Assembly: GCA_963558405.1 (NCBI GenBank)
Contig: CAUWGC010000005.1
Coordinates: forward strand, 833-64,832
Direction of reading: 5' to 3'
Length of the DNA: 64,000 nucleotides
From: an uncultured Clostridia bacterium
GTDB lineage: Bacteria; Bacillota; Clostridia; TANB77; CAG-508
Part shown: positions 10,301-18,329 of the stretch, in pieces
How the letters are laid out: every line of letters starts with the position of its first letter
Numbering within the stretch: the first letter of the stretch is position 1
The notes under the pieces: generated by a model
What the model was told of the DNA's origin: nothing
Databases searched by the model: none
The model's input: the letters and a program-made list of their open reading frames with translations, nothing else
Position numbers and translations under genes: made by a program

Positions 10301-11896
10301 TACTTTATAAACTGCATTTTCTAGTGTAGCATCTCCTTGTGCCATGCTTCCTGTTTCACTATCTTTTTTAATTATTTCAATAGAACCTTTTGGCTCTGTA
10401 TCAACTACTCCTTCAATTTTTAATTCTATAACTGGTGTAGTAGAATTAACATATTGAATATTAGCATTAAATATTGTTTCATTTAATAAATATCCTTTAG
10501 GTGCTTGTGTTTCATAAACTATATATTTACCTACTGGAATATCACTTAATGTTGCGACACCATCTGAATTAGATGTTATTTTAGCAACTACTTGTCCTTT
10601 AGAATAGAACTTTTTAGTTTTCGCAACATTATATATATCTTCATTTGCCTTTACTTCAAATTCTGCTCCTGCTATTTTATCATTATTTGTACTTACTTTA
10701 TAAATCTTTATTTGTCCAGTAGGTTCGTTATTTTTAAATGTTACACTAGCTGTTTGACCACCTGCTACATTAACTCTTTGAATACTTGTATCTAATAAAT
10801 AACCACTAGCAACTGATTCTTCTTTTACAAAATATGTACCAGGTTTTAGTTTTTCAATTAAAATTTTACCTTCATTATTTGTATTTGCTTTCTTTACTAA
10901 ATCAGTACATTCATTATTTCTATATAGACCAAAAACACAATCTGAAACTGCATTTCCCATATTATTTGTTTTTCTAATTTCTATTTTTCCACTTTCAACA
11001 TGAACTGAAACACTAAATGCTGATGGATCAACATAGTTAGAAAATATTAAGTTTTGAACACTACCTGAAGTAAATGTAAAATACATATAATTTGACATTG
11101 TAGAACTATTATATGCACTTCCATTTGGCATTAATTGATATAGCCCATATTCTCTTGAATTAAATGTTACATTTTCTACATTACAATTATCAGATATTGT
11201 TATTACTAAATCATTACTTCCTTGTGTATGGCTAAATGTTACTCCATCTTTTGATTGTGAAAATGATTGATATGCTGATAATTTTCCATTATTATCTGTT
11301 ATCACTTTTCTATCTCCAATAGCAACACTTTGTGTTGAACCATTAAAAGATGTATTTCCATGATACTGATTATAATATCCTTCAGCTTCTGCTACCCAAT
11401 TAGCATAGTGTCCTGATGACATGAAATTTCCATTCCATGAATCTCTTGGGAATGCATCAAATGAACTATTTATATTGTTATGTATATACTCCCATACATA
11501 TTGTTGAGTACAACATGCTGCTCTATATGCTTCATCTGATGATGGTAACCCTAAACCATATTTCATAGTATAACCAAAATATATCATTTCAGCTATTTTC
11601 TCGTATTGTGGTAAGTTTTGTTTATATTGAACATAAAAATCTCCGTTGAAAGTATATTCACTTCCGTTAGGAGATTTTACACCCTTTTGACAACAAAAAG
11701 CTATATAAGTTTGACCATCATAAGTAGCATAATGTAATTCGTGTCCTACTTTTGCTAAACTTCCTGATATTACACCAAATTGTGCATTTGAATTCATATC
11801 AGTAATAAATGCTGCAAAAGTATTAATTGGCAAAGATGTTAATAGCAATAATGCTAAACATATAATTGCCATAAATTTCTTTGTTTTACTTTTCAT
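7361..11896 (-). CDS. Cell-wall-anchored surface adhesin: signal peptide, thioester-domain-like N-terminal region, multiple Cna-B/SpaA-type repeats, C-terminal VPKTG sortase sorting signal
   Basis: Signal peptide MKSKTKKFMAIICLALLLLTSLPINTFAA. Cys (IAFCCQKG) and TQQYVWEY (TQxA-V-W-like) motifs typical of thioester domains. Repeated blocks GAEFEVKANEDIYNVAK..., EGAEIVVTDKDGNVIDSWTSTKE.... C-terminus EVPKTG + hydrophobic helix + KRKQNKDK. Confidence 0.8.
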   Translation of the reverse strand: MKSKTKKFMAIICLALLLLTSLPINTFAAFITDMNSNAQFGVISGSLAKVGHELHYATYDGQTYIAFCCQKGVKSPNGSEYTFNGDFYVQYKQNLPQYEKIAEMIYFGYTMKYGLGLPSSDEAYRAACCTQQYVWEYIHNNINSSFDAFPRDSWNGNFMSSGHYANWVAEAEGYYNQYHGNTSFNGSTQSVAIGDRKVITDNNGKLSAYQSFSQSKDGVTFSHTQGSNDLVITISDNCNVENVTFNSREYGLYQLMPNGSAYNSSTMSNYMYFTFTSGSVQNLIFSNYVDPSAFSVSVHVESGKIEIRKTNNMGNAVSDCVFGLYRNNECTDLVKKANTNNEGKILIEKLKPGTYFVKEESVASGYLLDTSIQRVNVAGGQTASVTFKNNEPTGQIKIYKVSTNNDKIAGAEFEVKANEDIYNVAKTKKFYSKGQVVAKITSNSDGVATLSDIPVGKYIVYETQAPKGYLLNETIFNANIQYVNSTTPVIELKIEGVVDTEPKGSIEIIKKDSETGSMAQGDATLENAVYKVFANEDIYNVAKSKKYYSKGDLVATRTMDKFGNTTPVEDLPLGKYIVKEDKASVGYLLDKTEYPVNLEYKDQHTKVIANKTTSNEDVKKMGVHIFKSGIKANSGETPGLEGAEFTIKLNSAVEKAYSQGYTYAEVWNGVDENGNKVNVDTKRVAEAQKIAPTYDVLVTDKDGNAYTQKNLPYGKYIVKETVTPKDYESASDFYFSITQDESEIKEIPQKTKHIVVNNEQLEAYIKLIKKDLKTGKVVTLTSTTFEIKAEKDIYDRATGKIIWKKGESISQKIGSTTYTSFTTNADNMIVPDKSFTNNKDDKGSVVTPLQLPVGSYAIYEIKTPKGFLQLEKPVTFEIKGIRDYDKDQDEDFIKEVLMKNEQPTGTLIINKTIALREDADTSLVDTSDLSGIEFKLTAKEDIIDYADGSKIYTKGQEIKKYNLDKKGNLKVDNLPMGTYELEETKTLDGLVLNWTKYEVKCEQKDLTTKVYEDIKDISNDTTMFEFSKKSVTGDDELEGAKLSVIDENNKVVDTWTSTKKTHKIEGLVVGKTYKLKEEIAPDGYVRASTIEFKVESTTKVQQVKMIDKIVTMTKADIGGKEIEGAEIVVTDKDGNVIDSWTSTKESHNINRIEEGKKYILHEEYAPDGYVVATDVEFEVTNKKDIQKVEMIDKIVEMSKVDIAGKEIEGATIQVLDKYNKVVDEWVSGKEPHKIKNLVEGETYTLHEEIVADSYVKATDVEFIVTPDKETQKVVMIDKLVEITKTDITNGNELEGAELEVIDEDGNTIDKWTSTKEPHKVKGLEEGKTYILKETTAPYGYEITEEIKFTVTNDKETQKIEMKDMPILKNVKVIKIDTETKEVIKDKFIFAIYEDPECTKLIKEVKSNSEDGTALFEELRYGTYYIKEIKAPKDYELSSKIVKVEINDKGIFVEDTQVEENENTIEFTFENKKIEVPKTGVESKIKLFAGSIILSLLGIAYIIIKRKQNKDK
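7620..8720 (-). repeat. Four tandem ~90-aa Cna-B-type coding repeats inside the adhesin gene
   Basis: Repeated peptide pattern E(L)EGA.(L/I).V.D..(G)N..D.WTSTKE.HKI..L.EG..Y.L.EE.APDGYV.AT..EF.V seen four times in the translation. Confidence 0.55.
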
Positions 11897-11974
11897 ATTT
11901 TTATCATCCTTTCATAAAAAATAAGCCTTAACTAAAAAATTAAAGCTTATAAATATAATTTATTTAATTTAATT

Positions 11975-12679
11975 TTATTTTATTGCCCAGAAATAGTATT
12001 TTCCACACAAACATTGACTTATTTTGTATTGAACAGAAGGCCATCCTTTTGTATAATTTTCAAAAGCAATTTGAGCTTCATTCCAACTCGAATAATATCC
12101 ATGTTCATTTGCCCCATCTCCTGCAATATGGTGAGTTCCACCCTCTGCACACCAATAATCTAAATCACTTGGTGTAGGCTCTTTTGTAACTTTATCTTTA
12201 CTTTTTTTCTCTTCTTGTACTCTTGTTCCATTCGTATCTTCATCGTTATTTTCTCTATTATCATTTGCATTATTTTCCAATACCGTATTAGACATTTGTT
12301 CTTTTTTTATAACATCATTTTCAATAGTTTTAGATTCTTCATTTTTATTAGTATTTTTTGCTATATTCTCTTGTCTAATAGTTGGATTTTTCTTTGGTTC
12401 TTCTTGAATACTTGTATTATTAACTTTTACAATATCCGCTTCTAAATGTGTTTTTTCTTCAATCTCTTGTTCTTCTACATTGTTTTCAACAGCAATCACT
12501 TCTGTATCTTCTTTTCCTTTGTCATCAGTATTATTTATTTCAGTTACAATCTCTTTCTCATTTTCCATTTTACTTAAACTTAAGGTCTTTGATTTTATAA
12601 TCATCATATTCGCAAATAATATCATTATTAAGGCTATAATTATTAAAACTAATATCTTTTTACTTTTCATTACTACCAT
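11975..12679 (-). CDS. Secreted or membrane-anchored hypothetical protein with low-complexity acidic linker and Cys-rich C-terminal domain
   Basis: N-terminal hydrophobic anchor KKILVLIIIALIMILFANMMII, long E/N/K-rich region, C-terminal DYWCAEGGTHHIAGDG...CLCGKYYFW. Confidence 0.5.
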   Translation of the reverse strand: MVVMKSKKILVLIIIALIMILFANMMIIKSKTLSLSKMENEKEIVTEINNTDDKGKEDTEVIAVENNVEEQEIEEKTHLEADIVKVNNTSIQEEPKKNPTIRQENIAKNTNKNEESKTIENDVIKKEQMSNTVLENNANDNRENNDEDTNGTRVQEEKKSKDKVTKEPTPSDLDYWCAEGGTHHIAGDGANEHGYYSSWNEAQIAFENYTKGWPSVQYKISQCLCGKYYFWAIK

Positions 12680-12828
12680 CTCCTTATAGCTTAATTATAT
12701 GCTTTTTAGAGATAAAAACAAATGTGTAAATTATTATAATATTATTAAATATATTTTATATAATAATTCTCTTTTAGTTTGTAATATAGTATATATTTAA
12801 AAGGGATTGTAAGGGAAAACTTTGTAAT

Positions 12829-12878
12829 GTGTTCACACAAACAAGTATAACTAAATATATCTAATTTTGTTCACACAC
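12829..12878. repeat. Two direct copies of (G/T)TGTTCACACA immediately 3-prime of parB; candidate partition or operator site
   Basis: gtgttcacacaaaca at 12829-12843 and ttgttcacacac at 12867-12878. Confidence 0.3.
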
Positions 12879-13828
12879 TATCTTGAATTTCTTTCTTGTT
12901 TTATTCGTTCTCGCCTAATATAATCTTGCACACATTGAATAATAAAATCTTCAACATTTCCAGATTCTTTAACTCTACTTGGAATATATTTTTCTATTTT
13001 TTCATTGTGTATCTTTATATATTCTTTTTGATTTGGCTTTTCCTGTTGTAGTATTTCTTCTATTTTTTCTTCTGTTAGGTTTCCTTCTTGTTCTAATTTC
13101 TTTAATCTTATTGCTTGACTTAAAGAAGGTGTTACCTCATCAAATTCAAATATATTTTCTACAACATATTGATTTTCTTCACTTAAATATGATAATTCTA
13201 CTGCTGGTCTAAAAGCTATTCTTTTGTTATCAACTTGTTCTAATAACTCTGGTATTAAATAAGTAAGTCGAATATATCTCTGTATAGTTCTTGCACTTTC
13301 TCCAACTTCTTCTCCCATTCTTTCTGCACTTTTTAACTTGTCGCCCAATGGTCGCGAAGTTATATCTTCTTCTAAATCAACTCTTTTCCCCTGATGTTTC
13401 ATAGCTTCAAGTTTCATTTTATATGCAAATGCTTTTTCACTAGGCAATATTTCTTCTCTTTGAATATTACTATCTACCATAAGAATTGTTGCCTCATCAT
13501 CAGTTAATTCTTTAACAATACATTTTATTTTATCTATTCCTGCAAGTTCACACGCTCTTTTTCTTCTATGTCCAGAAATCATTTGATAATTTCCTTCTCC
13601 TCGTTTTCTTACTATAACAGGTAATAAAACTCCATGTTCTTTTACACTTTTAACCATTTCTTCCATTTTATCATCATCTATAACTCTAAAAGGGTGGTCT
13701 GGAAATTCTCCTATTTTATATAGTTCTATTTCCTTTACCTCATCAACAACTGGATTATCTCTTTGTTCTTGACTTGTGAATAAATCATCTAACTTTGGAA
13801 GTACCATCTTTTTGTCTTGTTCTTTCAT
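12878..13828 (-). CDS. parB: ParB/Spo0J-family partition protein (conjugative-element type)
   Basis: ParB box ISGHRRKRACELAG with LPVIVRKRG upstream; start overlaps parA. Confidence 0.8.
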   Translation of the reverse strand: MKEQDKKMVLPKLDDLFTSQEQRDNPVVDEVKEIELYKIGEFPDHPFRVIDDDKMEEMVKSVKEHGVLLPVIVRKRGEGNYQMISGHRRKRACELAGIDKIKCIVKELTDDEATILMVDSNIQREEILPSEKAFAYKMKLEAMKHQGKRVDLEEDITSRPLGDKLKSAERMGEEVGESARTIQRYIRLTYLIPELLEQVDNKRIAFRPAVELSYLSEENQYVVENIFEFDEVTPSLSQAIRLKKLEQEGNLTEEKIEEILQQEKPNQKEYIKIHNEKIEKYIPSRVKESGNVEDFIIQCVQDYIRRERIKQERNSR

Positions 13829-14610
13829 TCTCTAATACCTCCTTTGCTAAATTATTGTATGCGTTTGCAACAGGACTATTTTTATCAAACTCAAATATAC
13901 TCTTTCCTGTTGATGTTGATTTTGCTGTATTTATTGCTTTTGGTATTTCAGCACCATATATTTTCACATATTGTCCATAATTGTCGATTAAAGTATCTCT
14001 TACATCTTTTGATAAATTTGTTCTTTTATCTACTAATGTAAGTAATACTCCACCTATTTTCAAATTAGGATTTATTTGTTTCTGCACTCTCGTAACTGTC
14101 TTTAATAAATGTCCCATTCCTTTTGCAGCCAGATATTCTCCCTGTACTGGAATTATTATCTTATCACTACAAGCCAGAGCATTTATTGTTATCATTCCAA
14201 GAGATGGCATACAATCTATCAATACATAATCATAGTTATCTTTAATATCTCTTATAGAATTTTTAAGTGTGAACTCTCTGCTCATTGCATTAACTAATGA
14301 AAACTCTATTGCTGATAAATCTAAATTAGCAGGAATTAAATCTATTCCTTCTTTATGATGAAGAATAGCATTTTCTGCATTTATTTCATTATCACATATA
14401 GTATCAGACATTAATGTTCCAATAGTATTCTGCAATTCATCTTGATTATAATAACCCATACAAGTAGTTAAATCTCCGTTGTGGATCTGCATCAATTAGT
14501 AATACTCTTTTTCCTTGTTTACTAAGTGCAACTCCTAAACTAAATGTAGTTGTTGTTTTTCCAACTCCACCTTTTTGATTTGCTATTGCAATTATCTGAC
14601 ACTTTCCCAT
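13785..14610 (-). pseudogene. parA: ParA/Soj-family ATPase interrupted by a +1 frameshift after the Walker A and DADPQ region
   Basis: The N-terminal ORF (ORF track 14446..14628) reads [44 protein letters not shown], then runs out of frame to a stop. The remainder, [20 protein letters not shown]..., is in the +1 frame (13785..14495). Deleting one nucleotide in the run ccacaacgg near 14480-14490 restores [13 protein letters not shown]. Likely start ATG at 14610 preceded by AAGGAG. Confidence 0.7.
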
Positions 14611-14630
14611 TCTTGCTCCTTTCCTCAAAA

Positions 14631-14660
14631 AAAGAGCTAACTCTTAAAAGCTAACTCTTG
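14631..14660. promoter_or_regulatory. Direct repeat AGCTAACTCTT x2 immediately upstream of parA; candidate ParA/ParB operator
   Basis: aaagAGCTAACTCTTaaaAGCTAACTCTTg just upstream of the parA RBS. Confidence 0.3.
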
Positions 14661-14670
14661 TCTTTAATAT

Positions 14671-15294
14671 TTATTCCTCTGTTATTTCTTTATCATCTTG
14701 TAAATGAGTAGAAACATATATAAACTCCTCATCATCTGCTAATTTACCAAATAAATTGTTAAGTCCTGCAATAAAAGGTTTTATATCTTCTTGAACATTA
14801 TAACTATATGAATAATTCAAATAGTATTCATTTAAATTATCATATAAAGGTACAATATTTACTAATCCTGGTCTTATCTTTTTTCTTAATATTACCCAAT
14901 TAGGTATATCGTCTTTTATAATATTAACAATTTTATCTTCAGAAATTAACATTCTCATAATTCCATTCATTATATCTGAAAAGTCTTTTTCTTCATCACA
15001 AAATATTTTATTCATCATAGCACTCATTGACCTTACAAAATCTGATAAGTAATCATCTTTTATACAAGCAAAGCAATCAGTTTCTATTTCATCTAAATAC
15101 CCTATTGCTGTTAAACACTCATAATAATTTGATGCCATAATATAATAAAATTGTTCAAATTCTTTCTTTAAGTTTCTTGAGTTCATCTTCTTTATATAAA
15201 TACCTGTCTCCTTTCTTATAATCTCTTTAATCTTTTCTGTTTCTTTTTTAATTTTTTCATTATTTTTTGGTTTGTTTTTTTCATTTTTTTTCAT
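14671..15294 (-). CDS. Hypothetical protein (207 aa), first gene after the queH terminator
   Basis: ORF with lysine-rich N-terminus; no recognisable motif. Confidence 0.5.
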   Translation of the reverse strand: MKKNEKNKPKNNEKIKKETEKIKEIIRKETGIYIKKMNSRNLKKEFEQFYYIMASNYYECLTAIGYLDEIETDCFACIKDDYLSDFVRSMSAMMNKIFCDEEKDFSDIMNGIMRMLISEDKIVNIIKDDIPNWVILRKKIRPGLVNIVPLYDNLNEYYLNYSYSYNVQEDIKPFIAGLNNLFGKLADDEEFIYVSTHLQDDKEITEE

Positions 15295-15319
15295 TTTCTT
15301 TTTACTCCTTCCTTTTTGA

Positions 15320-15356
15320 AGGCAAAATAAAAAATCTAATATTTCTATTAGATTTC
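15320..15356 (-). terminator. Rho-independent terminator downstream of queH
   Basis: Perfect palindrome AAATCTAATA-tttc-TATTAGATTT followed on the minus strand by TTTTATTTTG. Confidence 0.5.
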
Positions 15357-15394
15357 TTATATATGTTAGATATTATTTCAATAACTATAATATT

Positions 15395-16429
15395 TTATTT
15401 TTTCTTTAAATCTTTTGAATAATATATTAAATCAGTACAAGTTAATTCTCCATCTTTTATTTCTTCTTTATAATTATCTATAAAGAAATTTTTAATTGTT
15501 TTCTCATATTTATCAAATCCCTGCTTAACATAGAAAGGAATATTATTCTCTGTTGTTCCTACCAACATTCTGTCATATTTTTGTTTATAATTACCACATA
15601 ATGATTTTAAAAGTGTTTTTGCATAACCTTTATTTCTGTAATTTTCTTTTGTAACTATGTTCTTTAACTCTAATGTTTTTCTATCAATGTGCAAAATAAC
15701 TGCAATAGAAATTAGCTCATCTTCTTTTTTTAATGCATATACATCAGAATCGTTCAAATACTTATGTATCATGTCTTTTGAAGGATCTGCCTCTAAAAGT
15801 AAGTCTATATAATCTTCTTTATTTTCTATTTTTTTAACCTGCATTCTAGGTTCTTTTGGTATCTCGTAACCATTGGTATTAGTGGTTTGTATAGGATTGC
15901 GGTTATAATATCTCATCTCCTCAGAAAAAATACATCCACAATACTTTTGCCTATATAACCCTAACTCTTTTGCTTTTTCTTGTCCTTGTCTAAAGCCTAC
16001 TCTAAAATCTCTTTCTAAAAATTCTAATCCATACTTTAAAGCTATTTCTTTTCCTACTTTTATTATTCCTTCATGATTTTGGTATGGACTTACTAATAAA
16101 GTTGTTGTAATTGTGTCATATCCATGTTCTTTTGCATATTTAGCTGTTTGTTCTAATCTTATTTTATAACAATAGTTAATACATCTATTTTGTAAATCAT
16201 TTATTACATTTTTGCAAAAATTTTGCAAACCATATTCTTCTTCAAAAATTACATTTACTCCTACTGATGGTGCATATTCTTTTAATGTATCTCTTCTCAT
16301 TTTGTATTCAGTATAAGGATGTATGTTTGGATTGTACCAATATAATGTTGGTTCTATATTTTCTTTTCTTAATGCTTCTATGCAGTAAATACTACATGGA
16401 GCACAACATGTATGCATTAATAATTTCAT
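15395..16429 (-). CDS. queH: Epoxyqueuosine reductase QueH (DUF208) fused to a C-terminal GNAT acetyltransferase domain
   Basis: N-terminal HTCCAPCS cysteine motif and YWYNPNIHP typical of QueH. C-terminal ~150 aa carry RNKGYAKTLL (GNAT motif A) and YVKQGFDKY. Confidence 0.7.
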   Translation of the reverse strand: MKLLMHTCCAPCSIYCIEALRKENIEPTLYWYNPNIHPYTEYKMRRDTLKEYAPSVGVNVIFEEEYGLQNFCKNVINDLQNRCINYCYKIRLEQTAKYAKEHGYDTITTTLLVSPYQNHEGIIKVGKEIALKYGLEFLERDFRVGFRQGQEKAKELGLYRQKYCGCIFSEEMRYYNRNPIQTTNTNGYEIPKEPRMQVKKIENKEDYIDLLLEADPSKDMIHKYLNDSDVYALKKEDELISIAVILHIDRKTLELKNIVTKENYRNKGYAKTLLKSLCGNYKQKYDRMLVGTTENNIPFYVKQGFDKYEKTIKNFFIDNYKEEIKDGELTCTDLIYYSKDLKKK

Positions 16430-16470
16430 TCAACTTTTCCTCCTATTTCAACTATTATTATATATTAGTT

Positions 16471-18291
16471 TTATATTTTTTCTAATATACCTATTGATTC
16501 ATTTTCGAATATGACATTACTATCTTTTAAAATTTCTTTTTTATTAGCAATATAATAAATTGATTTTTTAAAGTATATAATATAATCAGCTTGACTAATT
16601 GTATTATCTATATTTATAAGTTTTTGTTTAAAAAAATGTATTCCTCTGTATCCTTTTGTATTCTTATCATTGTTTACATACTCAATAATCTGATATGTCC
16701 AATCTAGTTGCTCGGGATTTCCAACTATTTCTATCTTTTTAGAAAAGTCTAAATTTTTCTTTGCATATTCTAATCCTTCTATATCATTTTTATTTAAGTC
16801 TTCATTATTAAATATAATAGTTTTATTTATATTAAAAATTTCCATTACACTTGTTATTTTTTCATTTTCATTTGTTTTTTTATTTTCTAATTTTACGTCT
16901 TTAAAAACAAGAGCAATAATAAGAAGAAGTATGTATATTCCAACATAAGCTATAGGTATATACTTATTTTTTTGTCCCAAATGCATAAATCCTTTAAAAG
17001 ATGTATATATCACAATTCCCCAAAATGCATAATAAATTTTAGCAAGATAATATGTAGAAACTATTCCTATTTCTGATGCAATAAATAATGTTATTATATA
17101 TAACGTACAAAAAATAACTAATAAACTATTAAATACATTTTCTTTTCTATATTTTATTAATTCATATAAAGTAAACGGAATCCATAATATTATATTAGAA
17201 TATAAATTTCTATATATATATCCTTCTTTTGGAAATCCTTTCAAAACATCAGTACTATTTTCCACCTGTTTTACAATATTTTGTACATTAAGAGAATATA
17301 ATTTGGGCATAAAGTGATAAATATATCCCATTATAAATGGAATTATAAGCGTTATAATAATTGTAAATATAATACTTTTATTAATTAATTTTTTATATCC
17401 CAAGTAAATTATATATATAAATATAGCAACATACGTAAAAGGTACAAACAAATAATAAGAACAAAACAATTCAAAATTTAATAAAAATAAGGATAATACC
17501 CAAAAGAAATATGATATTTCTTCTCTTTTAAATAACTCCATTGTTAATATAATTGCACTTATTATAACTAATGACATACTTAAATACTCAAATCCAAAAA
17601 GTAAACTGTTAAGCGGATATCCTAATACGTAAATAATACTAACTATATATGCTAAGATTCTTTTCCAAGTATCTTTTGAAAAATGAGATAGACATGCATA
17701 CATTACATATGCACTGATAAATAAAATAAATATTTCAAACCATATAAATACAGTATAATATCTTGTTTGCGGTACAAATTGTGAAACTGCTTTTATTAAC
17801 AATCCTGAGTTTACATAGGAACCAAATTTAAAGGTTGTATAGTTAAATAATTTATCTGTGTCTTGATTAGCTATGTGATTACTTTTTGCAAATGTTTTTG
17901 CTGCACCAAAATGAATAGCCGAATCTTCACATTCATATTTAATTTCAAAAGGATAATTAAAATTAAATATACAAACAACAAAAACAATTATTGCTAATAT
18001 TGTAATATAAATAAAGTCTGAATATACAACTTTATAAGATTGTATATTTTTGCTTTTAATTGCATATACTGCCAAAATTGTAGCAATAATAATATTTATT
18101 ATTGCTAATAACCACAAAGAAATTGGTATTTTAAAAAGTGTTAATAAATAACATATTAGTGCATTATAACACAAAAGTAAAATAACGCTTAATGCTAACA
18201 TTATTGATATATTGATTTTTTTATCTGTTTTTTTTACTACTAAAAATGATATTAATAATAATAAAATTGTGCTTAAATATAATATCCCCAT
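16471..18291 (-). CDS. Polytopic integral membrane protein (about 13 TM helices + C-terminal soluble domain); possible GT-C-type glycosyltransferase
   Basis: Hydropathy read from the translation; adjacent to a PMT/ArnT-like GT-C gene. Confidence 0.5.
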   Translation of the reverse strand: MGILYLSTILLLLISFLVVKKTDKKINISIMLALSVILLLCYNALICYLLTLFKIPISLWLLAIINIIIATILAVYAIKSKNIQSYKVVYSDFIYITILAIIVFVVCIFNFNYPFEIKYECEDSAIHFGAAKTFAKSNHIANQDTDKLFNYTTFKFGSYVNSGLLIKAVSQFVPQTRYYTVFIWFEIFILFISAYVMYACLSHFSKDTWKRILAYIVSIIYVLGYPLNSLLFGFEYLSMSLVIISAIILTMELFKREEISYFFWVLSLFLLNFELFCSYYLFVPFTYVAIFIYIIYLGYKKLINKSIIFTIIITLIIPFIMGYIYHFMPKLYSLNVQNIVKQVENSTDVLKGFPKEGYIYRNLYSNIILWIPFTLYELIKYRKENVFNSLLVIFCTLYIITLFIASEIGIVSTYYLAKIYYAFWGIVIYTSFKGFMHLGQKNKYIPIAYVGIYILLLIIALVFKDVKLENKKTNENEKITSVMEIFNINKTIIFNNEDLNKNDIEGLEYAKKNLDFSKKIEIVGNPEQLDWTYQIIEYVNNDKNTKGYRGIHFFKQKLINIDNTISQADYIIYFKKSIYYIANKKEILKDSNVIFENESIGILEKI

Positions 18292-18329
18292 TTTTTCTCC
18301 TTAAAATATTACTTTTTTAATTTTTACTT

